A stretch of DNA of 64,000 bases from an uncultured Clostridia bacterium (GCA_946627565.1 CAMOVR010000002.1:16854-80853); one strand, 5' to 3'. Numbered from the stretch's first letter, positions 17,767-26,297 are shown. Notes: generated from the sequence alone by a model not told the origin. A program made the numbers and translations.

Positions 17767-18362
17767 ACTCTCACCACACTGTGATATCCTTTCTCGTGGC
17801 TGTATTCGATACGGGCCCCTTTGCCCATCCGGCGCAGCTTCTCATTGAGGGCCAGGACCATGGAGCGGGTCCTGCTGCCCCGGAGGGAATCGCCCCTGTC
17901 AAGGGCACGGATCAGTTCAAGTTCATTTCCTGTCAGACGGACCGGGCTGTCATGAAAACAGAAGCGGGACACATCTGCCTGGGCATCGCCCAGCTGCAGG
18001 CTGTTTTCATCCTTAAGGCAGCGGAGGACCATGTCCATGGATCCCAGGAGCTCCTCATGGGTGAAGGGGAGAGAAAGAAAAGCATGGGGAAGCTGGGGAC
18101 GGAGCAGATGGGAAACCCGCAGCTGCTGGGATAAAAGCGTGATGACAGGTGTCTGAAGAAAATGTCTGAGCATCTGTTCCCGGTTGACACAGGGCAGGGT
18201 ATCCTCCAGAAGAATCATGTCATATCCGCCGGACACCAGCATGATGGCCTGGGCTCCGTCAAAGGCGGTGCTGACCTCATGCCCGTCCATTTTCAGCAGC
18301 TTTTCATAGGTCTTCAGGAAGTCTCTGTCGGAGACTGCAAGAAGAATTTTCATGCCTTTCAT
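17763..18362 (-). CDS. OmpR-type response-regulator-like protein (atypical receiver)
   Basis: 199 aa with a receiver-like N-terminus (KILLAVSDRD..YDMILLEDTLP..) and a winged-helix C-terminus (LTGNELELIRAL..YSHEKGYHSV). ATGA overlap with the kinase gene. An alternative start lies at 18353. Confidence 0.8.
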   Translation of the reverse strand: MKGMKILLAVSDRDFLKTYEKLLKMDGHEVSTAFDGAQAIMLVSGGYDMILLEDTLPCVNREQMLRHFLQTPVITLLSQQLRVSHLLRPQLPHAFLSLPFTHEELLGSMDMVLRCLKDENSLQLGDAQADVSRFCFHDSPVRLTGNELELIRALDRGDSLRGSRTRSMVLALNEKLRRMGKGARIEYSHEKGYHSVVRV

Positions 18363-18391
18363 TCCTTCCGTAAGGTTTTTCTGACCGGGTC

Positions 18392-19594
18392 TCAGCGGCG
18401 CTTGCCGCCGCCAAAGCCGCCGCCGTTGCCCCAGCCGCCGCCGAAGCCACCGTTTCCGCCTCCGAAACCGCCCATGCCGCCGTTGCCCCAGCCGCCCCTG
18501 CCCATGTTCTGGTTGGGAATGTAATCAATCTGGGTCCCGTTGGCAATGATGGTGCCGCCGGTGTAGGAAGCGTTTCCGTCATAGTCGAAGGTGCTGTTTC
18601 CGCTTACGCTGATGGTGCCGCCGTTGACATAGATGTTGCCGTTGGCGTCCACGCCGTCTGTGTCCCCGGCGCCCATGACGATGGTGGTTTCACCGCCGTT
18701 GAATTCCACGGTGGGGGTGTAGGCGCTGGACTTGCTGGCGGCGTTGATGCCGTCATCGGAAGCCTGGATGGAGATGGTGCCGCCGTTGATGAGAATGTAG
18801 GTGCCTTCAATGCCTTCGGCGCCCTGAACGGAGATGGTGCCGCCGTCGATCTGGACAACGCTGGTGGCGTGGATGGCGTCATCCCCTGCCTTTATGGAAA
18901 GGGTGCCGCCGCAGATATAGATATAGCCCAGGGTGGGATCTTCATCGCTTTCTGCATGGAGGCCGTCTGTTCCTGCGGTGAGGTTCAGGGTACCGTCGGC
19001 AATGCGGATGGAGTTTTCGGCCTCAAGGCATTTGGTTCCGGCTGTTACGGAAAGGGTGCCGCCGGTAACCTTGAGATCCTTCTTGCAGGCAATGCCGTTG
19101 TCGGTGGAGGATATGTTCAGCGCTGCAGTCCCGTTGATGACCAGATCAGCGCGGCAGAAGATGGTGCCGTCGGTGTTCCGGTCACCGTCTGCCCGGAAGG
19201 TTCCGGTGACGGAAAGGGAACTGTCAGAGACCGTGGTGATGAAGACTTTGTCGGCCTTGATGACGTAGATGCAGGGAAAGTCGGCGTTTGTGATGTTCAG
19301 GCCGTCAAGGACCAGCTGGACCCTGTCATCTGAGGTGGCCTCCACCCTCACGGTGACGCTGCTTGCCGTGCCGCTTAAAACATAGGTGCCGGCGGCGGTG
19401 ATGCTGATGTCATTTCCGTCTGAGACGGTATAGTATACGGCATCGGTCAGGTCCGGTTGCTGGTTCAGGTCACGGCTGGTGAAAAGATCACCGGAAGTGT
19501 AGAAACTGCCTGCACCTTCGGCAAGTGCCGTGAAGGACAGGGAAAGTACGAGGATCAGGGCGAGGAGAGAGAAGAAAATGGAATGGTTGCGCAT
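18392..19594 (-). CDS. secreted right-handed beta-helix protein, Cthe_2159-like carbohydrate-binding family, with Gly-rich C-terminal tail
   Basis: ATG at 19594 after AAAGGAG. Signal peptide MRNHSIFFSLLALILVLSLSFTALAEG. Repeated GGT(L/I)S(V/I)..DDGI/DGL turns. Tail GGWGNGGMGGFGGGNGGFGGGWGNGGGFGGGKRR. Confidence 0.75.
   Translation of the reverse strand: MRNHSIFFSLLALILVLSLSFTALAEGAGSFYTSGDLFTSRDLNQQPDLTDAVYYTVSDGNDISITAAGTYVLSGTASSVTVRVEATSDDRVQLVLDGLNITNADFPCIYVIKADKVFITTVSDSSLSVTGTFRADGDRNTDGTIFCRADLVINGTAALNISSTDNGIACKKDLKVTGGTLSVTAGTKCLEAENSIRIADGTLNLTAGTDGLHAESDEDPTLGYIYICGGTLSIKAGDDAIHATSVVQIDGGTISVQGAEGIEGTYILINGGTISIQASDDGINAASKSSAYTPTVEFNGGETTIVMGAGDTDGVDANGNIYVNGGTISVSGNSTFDYDGNASYTGGTIIANGTQIDYIPNQNMGRGGWGNGGMGGFGGGNGGFGGGWGNGGGFGGGKRR
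18395..18500 (-). repeat. coding low-complexity GGN/GGF/GGW repeat
   Basis: On the plus strand this reads as reiterated gccgcc(g/a)(aa/tt)gcc units. It encodes the Gly-rich tail of the beta-helix protein. Confidence 0.8.
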
Positions 19595-19685
19595 GGGGAT
19601 GCTCCTTTCTGAATCGGGCATAAATGTATACAGATCAGGTAAGTGATATGGGTTCCTGAGATATCCGGATGGAATCCGGGAAGTC

Positions 19686-21659
19686 TCAGAGGATACATAC
19701 AAGGTTTTCCGTGTCCATCTGCACGGTCAGGGATGTTTCATCCAGGACCCAGATGACCGGAAGGTCTTCAGGCAGCAGGATCAGGGGAAAGGTGAGCACC
19801 TCTTCCTCGGCCGTGTCTTCCTGAAGGGTATCTGCACCGCTTTCCGACAGGGGAATGGTATATACCCTGGCGCCACTGGTGATTTCCAGCTGCCGGATGC
19901 CGCAGGCCCGGAGAAGACTGAGGTCGGATAAACTGAACTGCCATACAGCGGGGTCTGTGTTGAGGGAGATGGCCAGGGCATCCTCCATCACGGTGGTGAC
20001 GAAGGTGCCCACCTCATCGGGTTTCAGGGTAAGTGTGCCGTCATGGACCTTCGCGGTGAAGGTGTCCGAGCCGCCGTTCAGGGAGAGGTCCAGGGGTACA
20101 TCGCCTGCAGTCAGGACAAGAATGGAAGATGCCGTGCCTGCCTCCAGTTTTCCGATGGCCGGGGATTCTTCTTCCGAAGTCTCCTGTTCAGCGGCTGTGT
20201 CTGATGCGGATCCGGGCTTTTTGGCCCCGGAAGAGGAAGACTGGGAAGAAGTGTCTGCGGCCTTTTTGGTTCCGGCGGAAGCGGGTTTGGAACTTCCTTT
20301 GGCAGTTCCCTTTGAAGTCTTTTTGGAAGCTTTTGAACCGGCATTTCCGGAGGAAGAGGCAGAGGCGGAATCTGAAGAAGTATCCGGCACGGTGTCTTCT
20401 TCGCCGCTCTCATCTGAAGTGCTTTCTTCCGCATCTTCACCGCTGTCCTCCTGAGTATCAGCGTTTTTCCGCCCTGAGGAGGTGGATTTGGCCTTTTTTC
20501 CACTGCCTGCGGATGTGCCGGCAGCGGAGAAAGCTGTTTCTGAAGTGTCTGCCCCGGTGGAATCCTGAGCAGGGACGGAAGCGGTATCTGCCTGGCTGTG
20601 CAGGGTATCTGTACCGGCCGGCTCTTCCGGGATCTCCTGGGCAGCTTCTTCCTGAATGCCTTCCGTGTCTGAAAGGCCGGTGCTCTCCAGGATGAAACTG
20701 CAGAGAGAAACGGTTGACAGACCATCCGGGTACCGGGCCGTCAGAATGACGGAGCAGGGTTCATTTACGGGAAACCATACAGAAGAGGCGGAAGAAGAAA
20801 GCCAGACGGTGAGAAAGGGTTCTGCGGTCTGGGCATGCAGCAGGGTTTCGCTCTGGCTGCTGATAACGGTGAAGTCGTACACTGCCTGCTCTCTGCCGTC
20901 CCAGCTCCAGGTGATTTCATCCCTGTTCCCCTGTACGTGCCAGATCCCGGTCTGTGGATCCAGCGTCCCGGAAACCGTGATCTGCGGTGCCGTATGGCCG
21001 GGGGATGCTTCGGAGACGGTGTCTTCCACAACCAGTACGGCAGGTGCTGCTTCCTGAACGGGTGCTTCCTCCGCAACGGGTGTGTCAGGGGTGTCCGTGG
21101 CCAGGCTCCCGGTGGATATTCCATCTTCCGTTTCTGTCTGCCATAAGGCAGTTTCCTGAGCGGATGGGTTTTCCCCGGGAATGTCCTGAAGGTAAGGATC
21201 CTGAACAGGCGTTTCTGAAATCAGGTCTTCCTGCGCGGTTGTTTCTGTCTCGCCGGATGATACCGCTGTCTCACCGGCAGCTGCCTGTGCTGCGCCGGTG
21301 CCGGCATATGCCGCTTCCGGTACAGGGGCTGTTTCATACTGGGGGGCTTCCGCTGCCCATTGTGTGGCGGAAGTTTCATCTGCACTTTCCGCTTCAGCCA
21401 TGGCTGCATCCTCTGCAGCATCCGGCAGCGCTGCGGAAGCTTCTTCAGGAGACACGAAGGTGTCTGCATCTCCGGAATCTGTTGTATTCAGGATGGTTTC
21501 CGCTTCCAGGGCGGAAACACCATACTCCATTTCGCACTGGATTTCCAGTATGCTCCCGTCGGATGCGGGCAGGATTTCTTCCGGGAGCTCTTCAGCCATG
21601 GAGACGGCGCCTGTCAGAAGGAAGATAGCCAGCAGGATACCGGCCGAACGTTTTTTCAT
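19686..21659 (-). CDS. secreted acidic Ser/Thr/Ala/Glu-rich protein of unknown function
   Basis: ATG at 21659 after AGGAGG. Signal peptide MKKRSAGILLAIFLLTGAVSMAEE. Long disordered acidic and S/K-rich tracts separate two compositionally normal segments. The ORF track extends this frame to 24191, but that part is antisense to real genes. Confidence 0.75.
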   Translation of the reverse strand: MKKRSAGILLAIFLLTGAVSMAEELPEEILPASDGSILEIQCEMEYGVSALEAETILNTTDSGDADTFVSPEEASAALPDAAEDAAMAEAESADETSATQWAAEAPQYETAPVPEAAYAGTGAAQAAAGETAVSSGETETTAQEDLISETPVQDPYLQDIPGENPSAQETALWQTETEDGISTGSLATDTPDTPVAEEAPVQEAAPAVLVVEDTVSEASPGHTAPQITVSGTLDPQTGIWHVQGNRDEITWSWDGREQAVYDFTVISSQSETLLHAQTAEPFLTVWLSSSASSVWFPVNEPCSVILTARYPDGLSTVSLCSFILESTGLSDTEGIQEEAAQEIPEEPAGTDTLHSQADTASVPAQDSTGADTSETAFSAAGTSAGSGKKAKSTSSGRKNADTQEDSGEDAEESTSDESGEEDTVPDTSSDSASASSSGNAGSKASKKTSKGTAKGSSKPASAGTKKAADTSSQSSSSGAKKPGSASDTAAEQETSEEESPAIGKLEAGTASSILVLTAGDVPLDLSLNGGSDTFTAKVHDGTLTLKPDEVGTFVTTVMEDALAISLNTDPAVWQFSLSDLSLLRACGIRQLEITSGARVYTIPLSESGADTLQEDTAEEEVLTFPLILLPEDLPVIWVLDETSLTVQMDTENLVCIL

Positions 21660-21847
21660 GGGTACATCCCTCCTGTTTCTCGTGCCCACGGTCAGAATGG
21701 TATCATGGCAACCTGAAAGGAATCTTGAAGGAATGTGAAAAGCATGTGAAAAAACACGGGACACATTCTGAAAGGAAAGGCGTTTGGTTCCGAAACGGCC
21801 TCTTTCAGGGCATGGCAGGCCGGAAACCGGAAACTTCTTGTGGGAAG

Positions 21848-21876
21848 AACGGCTTTGGGCTATACTCCCCCTTGTC
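21848..21876 (+). promoter_or_regulatory. sigma-A-type promoter for the MATE/rsmH/rsmI/DegV gene string
   Basis: TTGTGG - 17 nt - TATACT, about 110 nt upstream of the MATE start. Confidence 0.4.
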
Positions 21877-21986
21877 CCTATATGGACAGATCCGCATACG
21901 GATCCGAAATGCCGGATACATACCCGGCAGAGACGGCTTAAGCATACAGGCAGGCGCGCTGTACCTGTCTGAGAAACAGAGGCGTT

Positions 21987-23411
21987 TTGATCTTGAATCG
22001 TACGGCGTATACCAAGGAACAGCTGTTCAGGGAAGTTCCGGTCACCCGGGCCCTCTTCTCCCTGGCGGTGCCCACAATTATCTCCCAGATGATCAACCTC
22101 ATCTACAATATGGTGGATGCTTTTTTCATCGGGAGGACAGGCAATGCCTACATGATGGCAGCCACATCCCTGACGCTGACCCTGGTGATGATGAATGTGG
22201 CCCTGTCCAATCTCTTCGGCATCGGGGGCGGCAGCCTGGTGGCCCGCCTTATGGGGGCAGGAAAACGGGAAACAGCCAGGAAGGTAAGTGCCTTTTCCTT
22301 CTACGGGGCGGCAGCCATTGCCCTTTTCTACTCTCTTCTGACAGGCCTGTTCCTGGACCCGGTGCTCCGCTTCCTGGGTGCCAGCGATGCAACCCTGGGT
22401 TTTGCCAGGACCTATACGCTCATTGTCATCGTCATAGGGGCGCTGCCGGCCATCCTGTCGGCGACCCTGGCCCATCTTCTGCGCAACACCGGTTACGCCA
22501 GACAGGCGGGCATCGGACTGAGTCTGGGCGGCATTCTCAATGTGGCCCTGGACCCGCTGTTCATGTTTGTCCTGATGCCCAAAGGACAGGAGGTGGCCGG
22601 CGCCGCCATTGCCACAGCCCTTTCCAATCTGGTGTCCCTGCTGTACCTGCTCAGGGCATACCACCGGGCAGGCGCTGAAACGCCCCTGTCCTGGAGTCCG
22701 GCTGAAGCCCGGAGCCTGGACAGTCAGCAGATTGTGAACCTGTTTGCTGTGGGCGTGCCCTCCGCCGTACTGACGGGTCTGTTTGATGTGGCCAATATCT
22801 GTGTCAACATACTGGCTGCTGGGCACAGCGACTTGGTGCTGGCGGCCATGGGCATTGTGATGAAGGTGGAAAGGGTTCCCAATGCGGTGAACATCGGTAT
22901 CTGCCAGGGCATGCTGCCCATGGTGGCCTATAATTATGCATCCGGGAACCATGACCGGATGCAGAAGACCATGAACCAGGCCAGAAAGTGGGGCTTTCTG
23001 ATTTCTTTCCTCTCCATGGCGATGTTTGAGTTTTTTGCGGGCCCCATGTGCAGGGTATTTCTGAGCACGTCTGCAGGCGACGGGGAAACTGCCCTGAAAA
23101 CCATTTCCTATGCCATTCTTTTCCTGCGCATACGCTGCCTGGCGTCCCCGGTCCAGTTCATGAACTATCAGACATCCTACAGCCTGCAGGCCATGGGGGA
23201 TGGCCGGGACACTCTGCTGCACGCATTTGTCCGGGAACTGGTTTTCTACATTCCCTTTATGTTCCTTTTGAACGCGCTTTTCGGCGAAACCGGTCTTGCA
23301 GCGGCGCTTCCCGTGGGGGAAAGCTGCGGTGCCGCCTTTGCCCTGATTCTGCTCATGCGGTTTCTCAGGAAAACTTCCATGGAACGGAAAGATGGACCAG
23401 AAACGAGGTAA
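21987..23411 (+). CDS. MATE-family efflux transporter
   Basis: 474 aa with 12 TM helices. N-terminal signature LFSLAVPTIISQMINLIYNMVDAFFIGR. The start is TTG (21987 or 21993); there is no in-frame ATG upstream of the first TM helix. Confidence 0.88.
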   Translation: MILNRTAYTKEQLFREVPVTRALFSLAVPTIISQMINLIYNMVDAFFIGRTGNAYMMAATSLTLTLVMMNVALSNLFGIGGGSLVARLMGAGKRETARKVSAFSFYGAAAIALFYSLLTGLFLDPVLRFLGASDATLGFARTYTLIVIVIGALPAILSATLAHLLRNTGYARQAGIGLSLGGILNVALDPLFMFVLMPKGQEVAGAAIATALSNLVSLLYLLRAYHRAGAETPLSWSPAEARSLDSQQIVNLFAVGVPSAVLTGLFDVANICVNILAAGHSDLVLAAMGIVMKVERVPNAVNIGICQGMLPMVAYNYASGNHDRMQKTMNQARKWGFLISFLSMAMFEFFAGPMCRVFLSTSAGDGETALKTISYAILFLRIRCLASPVQFMNYQTSYSLQAMGDGRDTLLHAFVRELVFYIPFMFLLNALFGETGLAAALPVGESCGAAFALILLMRFLRKTSMERKDGPETR

Positions 23412-23414
23412 CAT

Positions 23415-24368
23415 ATGACGTTTTCGCATATTCCTGTGCTTTTTGACGAGGTTATGGCAGCCCTGCCGGACCGTCCCGACGGGATTTTTGTGGACGGAAC
23501 CCTTGGGGGCGGCGGGCACAGTGAGGGTATCCTGAAGACCTTTCCCCAGGCTGTGCTCTACGGTCTGGACAGGGACCCGTCCGCCATAGCGGCGGCATCT
23601 GAAAGGCTCAGGGGATACCCGGGCTTCCATGCTGTGCGGGCCAATTTCCATGACGCAAAGGACGTGCTGGCCAGGGAAGGAATCCGGAAGGTGGACTGCG
23701 TGCTGCTGGACCTTGGCGTTTCCTCGCCCCAGCTGGATGTGGGGGAGCGGGGTTTTTCCTACCATACGGACGCACCCCTGGACATGCGCATGGACCCGGA
23801 CCAGGCCGTCACGGCGGAGGAGATTGTCAATACCCTGAGCGAAGCAGAGCTGACCCGGATCCTGCGGGATTACGGTGAGGAAAAGTGGGCGGCCAGGATT
23901 GCTGCCATCATCTGCGAACACAGGAAAAAGGAAAGACTGAAAACCACCGGGGATCTGGTGGCGTGCGTGGATGCTGCCATTCCAAAGGCTGTACGGCGCA
24001 AAGACGACGGGCATCCGGCCCGCCGGACTTTCCAGGCCATCCGGATAGCCGTTAATGACGAGCTGGAACCCCTGGACCGGGCACTGACGGATTTTGTGGA
24101 CATGCTGAATCCGGGCGGCCGTCTGCTGGTGATCTCCTTCCACTCCCTGGAGGACCGGGTGGTGAAGCAGTGCTTCCAGAGGCTGCACCATCCCTGCACC
24201 TGCCCACCCAAGATTCCGGTGTGCATCTGCGGGAAGAAGCCCCAGATTGATATCCTCTCCGGTGTTCAGACCGCGGGGGATGAGGAACTTCAGGCAAACC
24301 CCAGGGCCCGGAGCGCCAAGCTCAGGGTGGCAGTGAAGAGGGAAGATGCAGGAGGCGCAGAGGCATGA
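23415..24368 (+). CDS. rsmH: 16S rRNA (cytosine1402-N4)-methyltransferase
   Basis: 317 aa. HIPVLFDEV..DGTLGGGGHSEGIL..LLDLGVSSPQLD..SFHSLEDRVVK are canonical RsmH/MraW motifs. Confidence 0.95.
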   Translation: MTFSHIPVLFDEVMAALPDRPDGIFVDGTLGGGGHSEGILKTFPQAVLYGLDRDPSAIAAASERLRGYPGFHAVRANFHDAKDVLAREGIRKVDCVLLDLGVSSPQLDVGERGFSYHTDAPLDMRMDPDQAVTAEEIVNTLSEAELTRILRDYGEEKWAARIAAIICEHRKKERLKTTGDLVACVDAAIPKAVRRKDDGHPARRTFQAIRIAVNDELEPLDRALTDFVDMLNPGGRLLVISFHSLEDRVVKQCFQRLHHPCTCPPKIPVCICGKKPQIDILSGVQTAGDEELQANPRARSAKLRVAVKREDAGGAEA

Positions 24369-25234
24369 CGCTGTATGTCACGGCAACCCCCATAGGAAAC
24401 CTGCAGGATTTTTCACCCAGGGCCGTTCAGACACTGAAATCCGTGGGCTTTATTGCCGCGGAGGATACCAGGGTCACCATGAAGCTCTGCCAGGTTTTTG
24501 ATATCCATACCCCTCTCGTTGCCTGTCATATGCACAATGAGGAGAGCAAGGGGGAAGAGCTGGCGGAAAAGATGCTCAGGGAAAACGTGGACGCGGCGCT
24601 GGTGACGGATGCCGGGACGCCCTGCGTTTCGGATCCCGGGCATCTGTTTGTCAAGGCGTGCCTGGACAGGGGCATAACGGTTGTGCCGGTTCCCGGCCCC
24701 TCCGCGGCTGTGGCAGCCCTTTCGGTCAGCGGGTTTCCGTGCAGGACGTGGAAGTTCTACGGATTCCTGCCCAGAGAGAAAAAAGAACTGCAGGAAGCCC
24801 TTCTGCAGATCCCCCGGGAAACCGGCATAGGCATTGTCCATGAATCCCCCTACCGGGTGCTGAACCTGCTGGAGACGGTGGCACAGGTGCTTCCTGAAGC
24901 CAGTGTGAGCGTTTCCTGCGATCTGACCAAGCTCCATGAACTGACGCTGAGAGGACCGGCAGAAGAAGTGCTCCGCAGAATGCAGGACAACCCCAAGGCG
25001 GAAAAGGGGGAGTACTGTCTGGTGCTGGACGTAAGTGCCTGCAGGAAGGATGAACCGGAGGAGAAAAAACAGGAGGAGCTGCCCCTGGAGCTTGAGCTCC
25101 TGAAAAGGATGCTGGAGGGCACTGCGCTCAGGGATGCACAGACGGAACTGGTGGAGGCAGGGGCAAAAAAGAACGCCGTGAAGGCAGCGGCACTGCATAT
25201 TAAGAAGAGCCTGCTGGAAGAGGATGTGTGGTAA
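24365..25234 (+). CDS. rsmI: 16S rRNA (cytidine1402-2'-O)-methyltransferase
   Basis: 289 aa. LYVTATPIGNLQDFSPRAVQTL..IAAEDTR and DAGTPCVSDPG are typical of the RsmI tetrapyrrole-methylase fold. ATGA overlap with rsmH. Confidence 0.92.
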   Translation: MTLYVTATPIGNLQDFSPRAVQTLKSVGFIAAEDTRVTMKLCQVFDIHTPLVACHMHNEESKGEELAEKMLRENVDAALVTDAGTPCVSDPGHLFVKACLDRGITVVPVPGPSAAVAALSVSGFPCRTWKFYGFLPREKKELQEALLQIPRETGIGIVHESPYRVLNLLETVAQVLPEASVSVSCDLTKLHELTLRGPAEEVLRRMQDNPKAEKGEYCLVLDVSACRKDEPEEKKQEELPLELELLKRMLEGTALRDAQTELVEAGAKKNAVKAAALHIKKSLLEEDVW

Positions 25235-25332
25235 CGGATTTGCCGCTTGCAGTTCCTGCGTGAATCGGTTAGAATGAATGAGCTTCAGGAAAGAGCGGGC
25301 AGGTGCCTGCATCCGTGGCATTTTTTAGGAGG

Positions 25333-26226
25333 ATGATAGGTTTGAATTACGTGATTACCTGCTGTTCCACCTGTGACCTGAATGAACAGCATGTCAAAGA
25401 CCGGGATCTTCATTATATTTCTTTTCATGCGCAGCTTGGCGATAAGACCATTCTGGACGATTTCGGCAAGACCATGCCCATGGAAGATTTCTACAACGCC
25501 ATGGAGGAGGGTGCGGATACCCGCACATCCCAGATCAACCAGGAAGAATATGAAGCCTTCTTTGAATCCTTCCTGAAGGAAGGCAAGGACATCGTCCATG
25601 TGAGCCTCTCCAGCGGCATTTCCGGCACGGTGAATGCAGCCAGGCTTGCCAAGGAAGTCCTCAGCGAAAAGTATCCCGACCGGAAGCTCTATATCATTGA
25701 CTCCCTGGCAGCTTCCTCCGGTTACGGTCTTCTGATGGACGAGATGGCAGACCGCCGGGATGAAGGCATGAGCATCGAAGAACTGGTGGAATGGACAGAG
25801 AAGAACAAGAAGCGGGTACACCACTGGTTCTTCTCCACCACCCTCAAGTACTATATCCGGGGCGGACGCGTTTCCAAGACAGCCGGCATTTTCGGCACAC
25901 TGCTTAACATCTGCCCCCTGCTGAATGTGGACTATATGGGACGTCTGATCCCCAGGGACAAGATCCGCACAAAGAAGCGGGTGATCCAGGAAATCGTCAA
26001 GCGCATGGAAGAACATGCGGATGGCGGTCTGGACTACAGCGGCAAGGTATACATCAGCCAGTCTGCCTGCTATGAGGACGCAAAGGCAGTAGCAGACCTG
26101 GTGGAAGCCACCTTCCCGAAACTGAAGGGAAAAGTGGAGATCTACTGGATCGGTGCCACCATCGGTGCGCATACCGGCCCGGGCACTGTGGCCCTCTTCT
26201 TTATGGGCGACGAACGGGTTGACTGA
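25333..26226 (+). CDS. DegV-family fatty-acid-binding protein
   Basis: DegV pattern (..ITCCSTCDL.., ..TSQINQEEYEAFFE.., ..GGRVSKTAG..). The start is uncertain: the ATG at 25333 abuts AGGAGG, and the TTG at 25342 has better spacing. Confidence 0.85.
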   Translation: MIGLNYVITCCSTCDLNEQHVKDRDLHYISFHAQLGDKTILDDFGKTMPMEDFYNAMEEGADTRTSQINQEEYEAFFESFLKEGKDIVHVSLSSGISGTVNAARLAKEVLSEKYPDRKLYIIDSLAASSGYGLLMDEMADRRDEGMSIEELVEWTEKNKKRVHHWFFSTTLKYYIRGGRVSKTAGIFGTLLNICPLLNVDYMGRLIPRDKIRTKKRVIQEIVKRMEEHADGGLDYSGKVYISQSACYEDAKAVADLVEATFPKLKGKVEIYWIGATIGAHTGPGTVALFFMGDERVD

Positions 26227-26231
26227 GACAG

Positions 26232-26275
26232 AAAAAACGATGCAGGTTTTTGAAAGCCTGCATCGTTTTCTTTTG
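26232..26275. terminator. bidirectional intrinsic terminator (DegV / antiporter)
   Basis: Stem acgatgcagg / cctgcatcgt, flanked by an A-run upstream and TTTTCTTTT downstream. Confidence 0.75.
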
Positions 26276-26297
26276 GGAACCTCAGCCATGGACCGCC

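Noticed and set aside
21660-24191. N-terminal 840-aa extension of the 1501-aa minus-strand ORF (19686..24191), the longest ORF on that strand
   Set aside because: It runs antisense to the well-supported MATE and rsmH genes and has the Gly/His/Arg/Pro-rich composition typical of antisense frames in GC-rich DNA. An internal ATG at 21659 has AGGAGG and a textbook signal peptide, so only 19686..21659 is called.
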